DNA of 64,000 bases from a virus, in the IMG/VR virus record IMGVR_UViG_3300050501_000292. One strand, 5' to 3'. The notes under the pieces were generated by a model. The model had not been told where the DNA came from, ran no database searches, and was given only the letters and a program-made list of their open reading frames with translations. Both the position numbers and the translations under genes were made by a program. Shown here piece after piece: positions 1-8,738 of this stretch. Within the stretch, counting starts at the first letter, position 1. Every line of letters starts with the position of its first letter.

Positions 1-139
1 ACGTTCTGCCCCGCGCCGTGGCGCTACCCGACTTCCGACGCTGGAGCCGCGTGGTCCGCGCCGGGATCCGCTACTTCCCCGCCCAGACCGACAACATGAT
101 CGGCCCTCGCAACGACTGGGGCCACCAGGGAGTGACGTC

Positions 140-655
140 GTGACCTACCTCTACGTCCCCGACGACGACTCCGAGTACGGACCGATTTGGGAGGAGTCCG
201 AGGCGCGCGAGATGTTCACCGCCGACGAGCTGGCTGACCGTGGCGTTGTGCCCGCCGAGCTCATCATCGACCTCGGGGGCCACCGCGGCCACTACATCAC
301 GGCCGACTGGCTGAGCGCAGCGGCCGACCTGCTCGAGACGTGCCAGCTCGACTGTGCGACCTACCACTTGGACGACCCTGAGCGCTTTGCCCTGCGCGAC
401 CGCGTCGAGCGGCTCAAGAGCGAAGCGAACGAAGCGTGGGCCCGGTACCACGCGCACAACGACCTCGTTGGGGCGGACCCTGACCAGCAGGGCGAGTACG
501 GAAGCGATTGCTCCAGAAATGACGACGGCTCCCTTGCCTGCCCCTGTGAGTTCATCTCCGAGCTTGCCGACGACGTCGAAAGCGTGCTGGTCGACCTCGG
601 TTTCGTCACTGAGTGGGGCGATGGAGTCCGCACCTACCGAGTGGGTGCGTCGTGA
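140..655 (+). CDS. Acidic early hypothetical protein
   Basis: GTG start overlaps upstream stop; 39 D/E vs 12 K/R in 171 aa by hand count. Confidence 0.75.
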   Translation: MTYLYVPDDDSEYGPIWEESEAREMFTADELADRGVVPAELIIDLGGHRGHYITADWLSAAADLLETCQLDCATYHLDDPERFALRDRVERLKSEANEAWARYHAHNDLVGADPDQQGEYGSDCSRNDDGSLACPCEFISELADDVESVLVDLGFVTEWGDGVRTYRVGAS

Positions 656-996
656 GCCTCGCACGCGTCGAATTCTGGCGCATCACTGACACTGACCCCG
701 ACCTCTCATGGCTGGAGCAGACCGACGAGCAGATGGGCGAAGGGTTCGCGAACAGCGCGAAGCATCGGCTCGCCACCTACGGCGATGGGTGGTGGATGGT
801 CGGCATCCGCGCCGCGCTAGTCGCTGACGACGGCTGCACGGTCGCTGAGTCCCCCGGTCTGTGGGGGATCGAATCGGACTCTGACGACGCCTACTTCGAT
901 GACATCGCGGAGCAGGAGCTCGCCTACCTCGTCACGACGTTGGGCCTGCCCACGTCCGCGATCGACAACCTGCCGACCGAATGGAGGGAGACATGA
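652..996 (+). CDS. Early hypothetical protein (LWGIESDS motif)
   Basis: GTGA start/stop overlap with 140..655; part of a coupled chain. Confidence 0.7.
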   Translation: MSLARVEFWRITDTDPDLSWLEQTDEQMGEGFANSAKHRLATYGDGWWMVGIRAALVADDGCTVAESPGLWGIESDSDDAYFDDIAEQELAYLVTTLGLPTSAIDNLPTEWRET

Positions 997-1259
997 AGCG
1001 CTCAGAAGGCATCGCCTACCTGACGACCGACCCTGAGACCGGCGAAGACACTGGCCACCTGCGCACGCCGTGCTCCCGCTACGGATGGAACGGCGCGGAC
1101 TGCGCTCCCGTGGCGTGGCGCTACGCCTATCTGGTCGCCCGCGAGATCGGCGACCAGGTAACCACTGACCATCTCGACCACGCCATGGAACTAGTCGTCA
1201 ACAACCACGACGACGTGGCCCACATCATCCGCAACTACGGGCGGAGGCAGTACCGATGA
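993..1259 (+). CDS. Early hypothetical protein
   Basis: GGAGGG RBS, ATG at 993 overlapping upstream TGA. Confidence 0.65.
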   Translation: MKRSEGIAYLTTDPETGEDTGHLRTPCSRYGWNGADCAPVAWRYAYLVAREIGDQVTTDHLDHAMELVVNNHDDVAHIIRNYGRRQYR

Positions 1260-1699
1260 ACCCTACCGATACCGACGACATGACTGCCATGGTCGAGAGC
1301 TACTTACGGGCTGCGCTCTGGACCTGGCTTGACGAGGACGGCGGAGCACCTTTCCCTGGTGACGAGGGATACGTGGACGTGACCGAAGTGTTCGACCTTC
1401 GATCCATCGTGAGCGCCATTCAGGACTGCATGGCGTTCTGCGACTACGTGCAAGACCAAGCCGATGAGAACGAAGACGACACCGGCCGTCAGTGGTGGCA
1501 GGCACGCGACGCGCTCCGCGACATGGCCCCTGAGCGGGCCGGTCACGATTTCTGGCTGACCCGCGAAGGTCACGGCGCGGGTTTCTGGGATCGCGGCCTA
1601 GGCATCGCAGGAGATCGGCTCAGCGATGCCGCGACGACCTTCGGAGGCGGCGATCTGTGGGTATCGCCCGGTGAACCCTGGTCAGCGACGCTCGGCTGA
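1256..1699 (+). CDS. Conserved uncharacterised phage protein (AGHDFWLTREGHGAGFWDRG motif)
   Basis: The GHDFWLTRxxHGxGFWD signature is recalled from small phage proteins; ATGA overlap. Confidence 0.75.
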   Translation: MNPTDTDDMTAMVESYLRAALWTWLDEDGGAPFPGDEGYVDVTEVFDLRSIVSAIQDCMAFCDYVQDQADENEDDTGRQWWQARDALRDMAPERAGHDFWLTREGHGAGFWDRGLGIAGDRLSDAATTFGGGDLWVSPGEPWSATLG

Positions 1700-1722
1700 C
1701 TTGCCAAGTCGCTTGACGTTCT
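1698..1722. promoter_or_regulatory. Operator-like palindrome GACTTGCCAAGTC plus second box with TTGACG at 12-bp period
   Basis: Perfect dyad 1698-1710, in the gap before a strong RBS. Confidence 0.65.
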
Positions 1723-1784
1723 GACGGTCGCCCGCGGCCCGGCTGGTTCGGACCGCGGCTCTGTCGCCAGAAAGGAGAGCAACC

Positions 1785-2234
1785 ATGTATGAGCGACACT
1801 ACGGCTATCTCTACGACCGTGATCGCACGGTCAAGGACGATGCCGCCAACATCCGTCGACACATCCGAAGCCTGGTCAAGGGTGGGATGTTGCCCGCGGA
1901 TTGGACCTACTCCGTCCGCTACCGCACCTTCTCCGGTGGATGCTCGATTGACGTGCAGGCAACGTCACCGCGGCCCATCTACGCCGCGGATCCGCGAAGC
2001 CAGGAGTGGGAGCTACATGCTGAGACCGGAGAGCATGTCCACGCGTGGATTGACAAGTACACGCGTCAGGCTCGCGCCGTCCGCGACGCGCTGACCGACC
2101 TGCACAACGGTCACAACCACGACGGGTCGGAAATCCAGGTCGACTACTTCGACGTCAAGTTCTACGGACAGGTGTCGATCACGACAACCGCCGGAGTGCC
2201 GGAGTACGTCGCGCCAGCGGAGAGCGGACAGTGA
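1785..2234 (+). CDS. LPD29-like (large polyvalent protein-associated domain) early protein
   Basis: YSVR..FSGGCSIDV and HNHDGSEIQVDYFDVKFY match the recalled LPD29 pattern; RBS AGGAGAGCAACC-ATG. Confidence 0.6.
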   Translation: MYERHYGYLYDRDRTVKDDAANIRRHIRSLVKGGMLPADWTYSVRYRTFSGGCSIDVQATSPRPIYAADPRSQEWELHAETGEHVHAWIDKYTRQARAVRDALTDLHNGHNHDGSEIQVDYFDVKFYGQVSITTTAGVPEYVAPAESGQ

Positions 2235-2470
2235 ACGATGCACAGACGTACCGGGCCGCCCACTTCGGCGGCCCATACGTCGCTCTCTGCCCCGATGGAG
2301 TCGTCCGCCATCGCGGCACGTTCCCGAGCCTGACTGCGGCCCACGACCACGCGGAAGCGTGCTGTATGGGCCGGCATCGCATCGTGCGGCCGGTCGCGCT
2401 GGTGGGCGGCCTGGCCCCGTCCGAGCCGGCCACGACCGCTATCGCCCGCGTGGGTGGCACCGATGGCTGA
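2231..2470 (+). CDS. Hypothetical protein
   Basis: GTGA overlap with upstream gene. Confidence 0.55.
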   Translation: MNDAQTYRAAHFGGPYVALCPDGVVRHRGTFPSLTAAHDHAEACCMGRHRIVRPVALVGGLAPSEPATTAIARVGGTDG

Positions 2471-2696
2471 GCACCGGGTCACCCGCGAGGATTGGCTGAG
2501 CGCCACACCCGCGCTCTGGATCGCTGACCCACCCACGGCCGGCGACCGGGTGAAGCTCATCGGTGGCCGCTGGCTGGTGGTTGTCGAGGTGCAGCCCGGG
2601 CGGCCCGGCCGATGGACGGCACGACTCCGAGCCGACGGAGAGAACCAGACGTTTACCGCTTGGCTGTACGTCCCATGGGCGGGGGCAGCACCATGA
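2463..2696 (+). CDS. Hypothetical protein
   Basis: ATG overlapping upstream stop; coupled chain. Confidence 0.55.
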   Translation: MAEHRVTREDWLSATPALWIADPPTAGDRVKLIGGRWLVVVEVQPGRPGRWTARLRADGENQTFTAWLYVPWAGAAP

Positions 2697-2968
2697 GCTG
2701 CCCCCGGTGCCGCGGCAGCCACGGGCCCGGCCCGTGCCCCCTACGTGGGACCGCTATCGCCCGCGTGCCCTCGAAGACGAAGCGCACGACGCTCGGCTTC
2801 ACCATCCGCGACGTTACGTTGCTGCACGCGGCTGTCACTTACTGGGCCGACCAGCCAGAGAACTACGAGGACGCCGAATCCGAGACGATCGCGGCGATGG
2901 CGCTTCTGGAATGGAGGCTGAGGCAGGCCGCGAGTCGTCTCGGATACACGTTGGGCGATCAGCCGTGA
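2693..2968 (+). CDS. Hypothetical protein with CxxC..H..C N-terminus
   Basis: ATGA overlap; MSCPRCRGSHGPGPC. Confidence 0.55.
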   Translation: MSCPRCRGSHGPGPCPLRGTAIARVPSKTKRTTLGFTIRDVTLLHAAVTYWADQPENYEDAESETIAAMALLEWRLRQAASRLGYTLGDQP

Positions 2969-3234
2969 GCACGCACCCCAACGCCGTCGAAACCATGAAC
3001 CGCGTCGCCCGATCACTGGGCGGCGCGGCTCATGTCGCCTACCTCAGCCGGGAGCTCATCGCCCAGGAGCGTGACCTTGCCGAGCTGGCCGTCGAGGTGT
3101 CCCAGCTCCTCGACGTGCTGGCCGGCGTGTTCGTCACGAACCCCGAGGAGCGCATCCACGCCCACATCCACGCCATCGACCGCATGATCGCGGCCCTGGC
3201 CCCGATCGACCCCGGAGAGCGTCATGGCCCGTAG
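2965..3234 (+). CDS. Hypothetical helical protein
   Basis: GTGA overlap; 3' part of track ORF 2563..3234. Confidence 0.55.
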   Translation: MSTHPNAVETMNRVARSLGGAAHVAYLSRELIAQERDLAELAVEVSQLLDVLAGVFVTNPEERIHAHIHAIDRMIAALAPIDPGERHGP

Positions 3235-3556
3235 CGACAGGCAATCAACCTTCGGCCCGCTCCGAGAGCGTCTCGTCGCCCACACCGACGCCGAACGCGA
3301 CATGGCCCGGCGCCGGCTCAGGGTCGCCCAGGCGGCGTTCACAGCGGCGTCAGACCCCTACTGGCAGGCCATCCGGGAGCGCCAGGCCGCCGCCGCCCAC
3401 GCCAACGACGTCGGCGTCGAGCAGACCGAGATCGCCCGCGTGTTCGGGCTGCGCGACCACAGCGCCGTGTCGCGCATGATCGCCCGGTTCCGGGGTGAGG
3501 CGGTAACCGCGGCGGAGAACCGGCGCAAGCGACGTGCGGAGCGGGTCACTCGGTGA
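3224..3556 (+). CDS. HTH DNA-binding protein
   Basis: QTEIARVFGLRDHSAVSRMI is HTH-like; GGAG RBS. Confidence 0.6.
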   Translation: MARSDRQSTFGPLRERLVAHTDAERDMARRRLRVAQAAFTAASDPYWQAIRERQAAAAHANDVGVEQTEIARVFGLRDHSAVSRMIARFRGEAVTAAENRRKRRAERVTR

Positions 3557-3560
3557 AGCG

Positions 3561-3764
3561 TTACTCCAGTCGGCCGGTCTCTCTCAGCCATGCCTCCACC
3601 TGCGGCCACAGCCACAGCAGCATCCCTTCGCGGACGACGATCGGCTCGGGGAACTCGGGGTGTCGGCGCCTCCAGGAGTGCACGACGTTCGCGTGCGACA
3701 GCTCGAGCCGGTCGGCGATGTCCGCCGCCGATACGAGGTCGCGCGGATCGATTTGGCCTGCCAC
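3561..3764 (-). CDS. AlpA/excisionase-like small HTH protein
   Basis: LVSAADIADRL..V.SWRRRHPEFPEP...LW.W.QV.AW is the AlpA/Xis pattern; TAGTTT -10 box 7 nt before GTG (leaderless-like). Confidence 0.75.
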   Translation of the reverse strand: MAGQIDPRDLVSAADIADRLELSHANVVHSWRRRHPEFPEPIVVREGMLLWLWPQVEAWLRETGRLE

Positions 3765-3790
3765 GACCCAGAAACTACGGCGAGGCCCTT

Positions 3791-3806
3791 GATTGCGTAC
3801 GCAATC
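3791..3806. promoter_or_regulatory. Perfect 16-bp palindrome GATTGCGTACGCAATC in a divergent promoter gap
   Basis: Seen directly; overlaps candidate TTGATT-N17-CAAGGT promoter. Confidence 0.6.
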
Positions 3807-3907
3807 GGGGGCAAGGTAGGGCCCGCCCGGATAGCTGGGCGCTGCTGTCCGGGGGCCGTTGGCCTGCCAGTCTCCGTGCCCCCGGACCAGCCCCGCAGGA
3901 GGAGAGC

Positions 3908-4066
3908 ATGAGGTTAGTCGTCGGCATGGCGTGGGTCGTCCTAGCGGCCCTGGCCTTCCTCGGAGGAGTGCACGTGGTCACCCACGGCCCCACCGGCGAC
4001 AAGGTTGACGAGCTACCGATCGAGTGCGTCCAGGCGGGCGTCGTTATCTGCGAGGGGATGCCATGA
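3908..4066 (+). CDS. Small membrane/secreted protein
   Basis: AGGAGAGC-ATG; hydrophobic N-terminal helix. Confidence 0.6.
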   Translation: MRLVVGMAWVVLAALAFLGGVHVVTHGPTGDKVDELPIECVQAGVVICEGMP

Positions 4067-4329
4067 CCGAAGCACGCAAGACCTCGGGCCCCGAGCTCGC
4101 CCGCCGGATGGGCGCCTTGGCCGACGAGCTCAAGGACGTTCCCGCCGAGTTGTGGGACACCTGCCCGGAGCTGCGCGAGGAGTCCCGACGGCTCGAGGGC
4201 GCTCTGGTGAAGCTCCGGCTCGACATCCCCGATCCGGGCAAGGTCGCTGGGGGCCGCATACCGCCGTGGGGTCCGACCCGGTCGCAAACCGCATTCCCTC
4301 AGGGGGGAGTGATTGCGAATGAGCCGTGA
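4063..4329 (+). CDS. Hypothetical protein
   Basis: ATGA overlap with upstream gene. Confidence 0.5.
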   Translation: MTEARKTSGPELARRMGALADELKDVPAELWDTCPELREESRRLEGALVKLRLDIPDPGKVAGGRIPPWGPTRSQTAFPQGGVIANEP

Positions 4330-4442
4330 GCAGACCGGCACCATGGCAGCCCATGGTGGGGACACCGGCCTGCCACCGGGAGCGGGACGGGGAACCCCCG
4401 CCTACCTCGTCCCGCTCATCCACCGGCAAGGAGGCTGGCGGA

Positions 4443-4781
4443 ATGAGTGACACACCCAGGCACTTGATGTCGGGGACCCGTCGCATCACCAACGAGGACC
4501 GGAGACGGGCGCTGCTGCACGAGATCCGGAACTCGCGGTCGCCGTTGACGATCACGCCGGGGATGCGCAAGGCGTTCGAGCAGCGCAAGGCCGAGGCCCG
4601 GAAGCGTCACCGCATAGGGCGGGCCTGCGACTCGTTCTTCACCGTCGTCTTCGCCGGTGGTGCTGTCGCGTCGCTCGTCATGCTGAGCGCCACGCGGCAG
4701 TGGGGGCTCGTGCCCGCGGTGGTCGTGTCCATCTTGCTGACCTACAAGGCATGGACCGGCGGGAGAACTAGAGCCATATGA
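4443..4781 (+). CDS. Membrane protein with two C-terminal TM segments
   Basis: AAGGAGG RBS; FFTVVFAGGAVASLVML and WGLVPAVVVSILL. Confidence 0.6.
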   Translation: MSDTPRHLMSGTRRITNEDRRRALLHEIRNSRSPLTITPGMRKAFEQRKAEARKRHRIGRACDSFFTVVFAGGAVASLVMLSATRQWGLVPAVVVSILLTYKAWTGGRTRAI

Positions 4782-4824
4782 CCGCGGCGCAGCCGGCTCT
4801 CCGCCGTCGGCTCCGCTGTGAAAG

Positions 4825-4873
4825 GAGGCCCGGGGCCGATCGTCATTAACTCTGGCGACCGGCCCCGGGCCTC
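4825..4873. terminator. Long hairpin, probable bidirectional terminator
   Basis: 14-bp perfect stem GAGGCCCGGGGCCG/CGGCCCCGGGCCTC plus inner stem, between convergent genes. Confidence 0.75.
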
Positions 4874-4884
4874 GAATGACCTTG

Positions 4885-5196
4885 TTACCTGGCGAGTTCG
4901 TCGACCCGCTCCTCCAGGATCTCGCACTTCTCGTAGAGCATCTTCTCGTAGTCCCGCATCGCCTCCATGCGGTCGAGCATCCGGAAGATCGATTTCTGCA
5001 AATCGTTCACCCAGGCGATGATGCCGAGCTGGCGTATCCGCAGGTAGCGGCCGTGGCGGTCGAGGCGCCAGGAGATCAGCCCGGCAAATCGCCTCGGCAG
5101 GGAACGCTCCCCAGTGGGACGTTTACCTCCTCGGGCTAGGACTCCCCCAGCTGTGACGCCGGCCACGATGATGACGACAATGCTCCGCCGTCCCAT
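4885..5196 (-). CDS. Membrane-anchored coiled-coil protein downstream of the recombinase
   Basis: AGAAAGG RBS 8 nt before ATG 5196; N-terminal hydrophobic segment. Confidence 0.55.
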   Translation of the reverse strand: MGRRSIVVIIVAGVTAGGVLARGGKRPTGERSLPRRFAGLISWRLDRHGRYLRIRQLGIIAWVNDLQKSIFRMLDRMEAMRDYEKMLYEKCEILEERVDELAR

Positions 5197-5308
5197 TCGG
5201 TCCGCCTTTCTGGTCTGATCCAGCCCACCACCAGATGCCCTTGACGTCGTATCACGCTTACAGACGTGCACGTTGCCTGCAATTGCGATCGCGTTACGAT
5301 CACGACTG

Positions 5309-6223
5309 TCAGTGCGCAAGTTGCTGGTCGGATTCGTCCAGCGCTGACAGATCCCACGCTGCCGGTGGCCGCCGCACGCTCAACCTGGCGACCACCGCCG
5401 CCGCCCGGGTCGTGTCCGCCGCCGCGTAGCCCTCGGTCGTCTTGATGTTGGCGTGGCCCATCACCTCGGCGGTCAGCAGGATGTCCCGCTCCTCGCGGTA
5501 GAAGTGCGTCCCGAACCAGTGGCGCAGCTGGTGCGCCGTCGTGCCCGGCGGCAGGTGCAGGTTGATGTAGCGGCTGATCGTCTGGGGGTGCAGCGGTGCC
5601 GCCCCCCGGCCGTCCAGGAGCCACTGCCGAGTGAACACCGGGCCCGAGCGCGGCAGGCCATGGCGTCGCAGGGCCTCGAGTGTCTCGGGGTGCAGCGGCA
5701 CGTAGCGGACCTTGTCGCCCTTGCCCTCCACGCGGAGCGTCATGTCCGGGATCGAGATGTCCTCGCGGGTCAGCCGGGACATCTCGACGCAGCGCAGGCC
5801 CTCGTAGGCACCGAGTGCCAGCCATGCCCGCATCCGGTCGTCGGCCCGGTCCATGGCCTCGGCCACCACCGCGTCGTCGGCGGGGCGGGGGAGGCGCCGG
5901 GGCACCTTCGGGTCGACGAGGTCGGCCGCCGGGTTCGACTTGGCCTGGCCGGCGCCCTGGGCCCACCCATAGAACGCCCGGAGGTGGCTGCGGTACGTGT
6001 GCCGGGAGCCGGGGGCGAGCCGGCCTCGGCGGCCTCGCCGTCCGTCCAGCCACTCCTCCAGGTCCAACGTGTCGAGCTCGAGGACGTGGCGGGGCTCGGC
6101 GTCGCGGGCCAGGGCGCGGACCTGGGCGATCCGTTGGCCGATCGTCCAGTCGCCGTCGCCGCAGCGTCGCTCGTGGGCACGGAACGCCCGGATCAGCTCC
6201 TCGAGTGGGGGATAGCCGCTCAT
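5309..6223 (-). CDS. int: Tyrosine recombinase/integrase, XerC-like, no arm-binding domain (304 aa)
   Basis: Catalytic R (GLRCVE), K (EGKGDK), HxxR (HQLRH), H (MGHAN), Y (TEGYA); GAGGAGG RBS supports the 6223 start. Confidence 0.93.
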   Translation of the reverse strand: MSGYPPLEELIRAFRAHERRCGDGDWTIGQRIAQVRALARDAEPRHVLELDTLDLEEWLDGRRGRRGRLAPGSRHTYRSHLRAFYGWAQGAGQAKSNPAADLVDPKVPRRLPRPADDAVVAEAMDRADDRMRAWLALGAYEGLRCVEMSRLTREDISIPDMTLRVEGKGDKVRYVPLHPETLEALRRHGLPRSGPVFTRQWLLDGRGAAPLHPQTISRYINLHLPPGTTAHQLRHWFGTHFYREERDILLTAEVMGHANIKTTEGYAAADTTRAAAVVARLSVRRPPAAWDLSALDESDQQLAH

Positions 6224-6252
6224 CGGGAAACATCCTCCTCGGGTAACAGGAA

Positions 6253-6390
6253 TCTTGTCAAGAGACTTGCCTGAATCCCTGTCGCCCGGAGAAGGACGTT
6301 TCCGCCGCTTCACGTGCGCTGACCTGCGATGACGCTCGACGAGCGCCGTCCGTATTCCCAGTAGGAATACGACAGGGATCTTGCCAAGTC
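6253..6390. promoter_or_regulatory. Operator-box pairs (6253/6265, 6367/6379) and dyad CGTATTCC-N5-GGAATACG (6351-6371)
   Basis: Seen directly between repressor and recombinase. Confidence 0.6.
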
Positions 6391-6410
6391 GACTGTGGTG
6401 ATAGAGCCGT

Positions 6411-6815
6411 TTAGGGCTCCTTGCATTCCTCCAGCAGGTCGTTCAGGTCCTCACGGTCCAGCATGTCCAACGCCACCCGGGCCTGGCGCGCCAGCGACGG
6501 CGACAACCACCGCAACGGCACCCCGTACAGCTCCGCCAGAGCCAGAACCACCACCAGATCCGCCCGCTCCTCGGCCACCACACCCATCTCGTACTGGCGG
6601 ATCTGCTCGTGCGACGGGTTCCCCCGCCCCCGCTCCGTGTTGCCCAACTTCTCCTGTATCAGCCCGGCGACACGCGCCAGACTGAAGCCAGCCTCCTCGC
6701 GGGCCCTGCGCAACCGCCGACCGAACTCCGTCGAAGGTTGCGACTGCGACCTCGCGTACACGCCTCGAGGCATCCTCCGTGCTCCCATCACGTCAGCCGC
6801 CCACTGTCCTGGCAA
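6411..6815 (-). CDS. XRE/Cro-CI family immunity repressor (start uncertain)
   Basis: FGRRLRRAREEAGFSLARVA..SHEQIRQYE..LAELYGVPLRWL; divergent from the lytic operon. Confidence 0.85.
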   Translation of the reverse strand: MPGQWAADVMGARRMPRGVYARSQSQPSTEFGRRLRRAREEAGFSLARVAGLIQEKLGNTERGRGNPSHEQIRQYEMGVVAEERADLVVVLALAELYGVPLRWLSPSLARQARVALDMLDREDLNDLLEECKEP

Positions 6816-6921
6816 GAAGTCTGGCAGTAACCCTAGGGGTATGTCTAGTCACTCCTGACGGACCACCCCCAAAGACCTCTTGCCAGAAGTCTTGACAGGA
6901 AACCTGCCGTGGGGCCATGCT
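6806..6921. promoter_or_regulatory. Divergent switch region with box pairs (6806/6818 minus, 6878/6890 plus) and candidate TTGACA-N18-CATGCT promoter
   Basis: Seen directly; TTGACA at 6892-6897. Confidence 0.65.
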
Positions 6922-6988
6922 GGAAGTCCACAGCGGGGAGCTGCGCCCCCCGCAACCCCCGGCCTACTTCCCTCAAAGGACTTCCCCT

Positions 6989-7474
6989 GTGGCAAAGCTG
7001 ATCCGTCTGACCTCCGGCAACGTCGCCATCGTTGACGCCGAGGACTACGACTGGCTTAGCCGATGGGCATGGCACCGTCAGACGGGGCCCTACGCGGGAC
7101 GACACCGCCACAAGGCTGACGGACCAGGACCGTCCACGATCCTCATGCACCGCGTAATTCTCGGGCGTCACAAGGATCTAGTCGGACTCCAGGTCGACCA
7201 TCGCAACAACTACGGCCTCGACAACCGCAAGGCCAATCTGCGTGCTGCTACGCGAAGCCTCAACGGAGCGAATCGACGTCCTTCGAGGTGCGCTACTACA
7301 AGTCGCTACCGCGGTGTCAACGTCCGCCTCGGACGGCGACCTCGCGCCCACATCTACATCAACCATCAGCAGGTCTACCTCGGCAGCTTTCCGACCGAGG
7401 AAGAAGCCGCCCGTGCCTACGACGCGGCAGCCCTTGAAGCATTCGGCGAGTTCGCTCGCGTCAACTTTCCCTAA
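6989..7474 (+). CDS. HNH endonuclease with C-terminal AP2 domain
   Basis: MHRVIL..VDHRNNYGLDNRKANLR and YLGSFPTEEEAARAYDAAALEAFGEFARVNFP; AAAGGA RBS before GTG 6989. Confidence 0.92.
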   Translation: MAKLIRLTSGNVAIVDAEDYDWLSRWAWHRQTGPYAGRHRHKADGPGPSTILMHRVILGRHKDLVGLQVDHRNNYGLDNRKANLRAATRSLNGANRRPSRCATTSRYRGVNVRLGRRPRAHIYINHQQVYLGSFPTEEEAARAYDAAALEAFGEFARVNFP

Positions 7475-7488
7475 GAAAGGTCTCAGCC

Positions 7489-7746
7489 ATGGGCGGTGAG
7501 ATCGAAGCTCGGCCGCCGGCCGACGCGTACTACCTCGCGTTGGCCGCTGAGGCGATCGTCGAGCTGCACAGGTGCAAGCCGAGCAAGGAGGTTGCCTTGA
7601 TCTTCTGCGGAGACGACGAGGTGCCCGTCGCCTGGCCCACCACCCAGGCCCGCTGCATGATCCGCACCATGAACCACCTCGGAGCACGGTGGCTCGGCGT
7701 CTGCGAAGTCCCGGCCGCCGCCGAGGTCCTGGCGGCATGGACCTGA
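7489..7746 (+). CDS. Hypothetical protein
   Basis: AGAAAGG RBS; in operon. Confidence 0.55.
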   Translation: MGGEIEARPPADAYYLALAAEAIVELHRCKPSKEVALIFCGDDEVPVAWPTTQARCMIRTMNHLGARWLGVCEVPAAAEVLAAWT

Positions 7747-8063
7747 AGCCCCGAGTCCGCTACGCCCGAGCGCTCCACCTCGGCGATGTCAACGGCCGGC
7801 AGTACAGCCACACCGAGATCGCCAAGATGCTCAGCGTCAGCGCCCAGACCGTGCACCGCTGGATCGACGAGTCAGTCGCCGAGGAACGCCGGGCCATCTG
7901 CCCCCTCTGCGGCCGGCGCTGCATCGTCATGGAGCCCGTGCGCGCCGACCGGGGCGACACCTACCCGATGCACCTCGCCAAGGGGGAGCGCCGGCAGCGG
8001 TACTGCGAAGCCGGCGGGTGGCTGGTGGAAGACGACGAGTACGTGGAGGCCAAGACATCGTGA
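7737..8063 (+). CDS. HTH plus zinc-ribbon DNA-binding protein
   Basis: YSHTEIAKMLSVSAQTVHRWI; CPLC..H..C. Confidence 0.7.
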   Translation: MDLKPRVRYARALHLGDVNGRQYSHTEIAKMLSVSAQTVHRWIDESVAEERRAICPLCGRRCIVMEPVRADRGDTYPMHLAKGERRQRYCEAGGWLVEDDEYVEAKTS

Positions 8064-8356
8064 CCCCCGAGCAGATCCCCCAGGAACTCGTCGACCTCCT
8101 CGACGAACGTGCCGGCAAGAAGCACTCCCGCGACGGCGCCGTGCTCACGACCCTCGCCGAGATCCTGACCCGCTACGAGACGGCCGGGGTCCTGGTCTGC
8201 GAAGGCTGGTGGCACCCGAACGTCGTCAGCGGCCGGGTGCACGACCACCCGGACAACCCCGGCCGCAGCTGGTCGGCGGCATCCCACCGGCTGTGCGAGC
8301 CGGTCTACACGAAGCGCGACGAGCCGGCGGACCGGGAGATGCAACCCGATGCGTGA
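8060..8356 (+). CDS. Hypothetical protein
   Basis: GGAGG RBS, GTGA overlap. Confidence 0.55.
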   Translation: MTPEQIPQELVDLLDERAGKKHSRDGAVLTTLAEILTRYETAGVLVCEGWWHPNVVSGRVHDHPDNPGRSWSAASHRLCEPVYTKRDEPADREMQPDA

Positions 8357-8738
8357 CGTCACCGACGCCGCACGGCAACTGACCCCGGCCGAGCACTACG
8401 CCGAAGCCGAACGGCTACTGGCTGTCGCGGTCTTGGTGATGAGCACGCCGAACCAGCGCCTGCTCGATGACCATGCAGTGGAGACGACCCCCACCTTCCA
8501 GCGCATGGAGGCCCGCGACCGTTGCGTCCGTGAGGCCCAGGTTCACGCCACGTTGGCGACCGTCAACCCGGACGTCCTGTGGCCGAAGTACGTCGTGACG
8601 GCCCAGCCAGCAGACGTCACCGAGGACAGCACCGACGCGCTCCTCGAGCAGATCCGCACCAGCGTCCACGCCTGGGCGTGCGGCGCCGCCCGGCCCGAGG
8701 AAGTCCTCAACGACATCGACCGGATGTTCAACGCGTGA
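8349..8738 (+). CDS. Hypothetical protein
   Basis: Coupled to neighbours. Confidence 0.6.
   Translation: MRDVTDAARQLTPAEHYAEAERLLAVAVLVMSTPNQRLLDDHAVETTPTFQRMEARDRCVREAQVHATLATVNPDVLWPKYVVTAQPADVTEDSTDALLEQIRTSVHAWACGAARPEEVLNDIDRMFNA

Noticed and set aside
6411-6815. Integration-dependent immunity (attP inside repressor, ssrA-like tags)
   Set aside because: No tRNA-like core seen in the repressor; C-termini (ECKEP, QQLAH) are not convincing ssrA tags.
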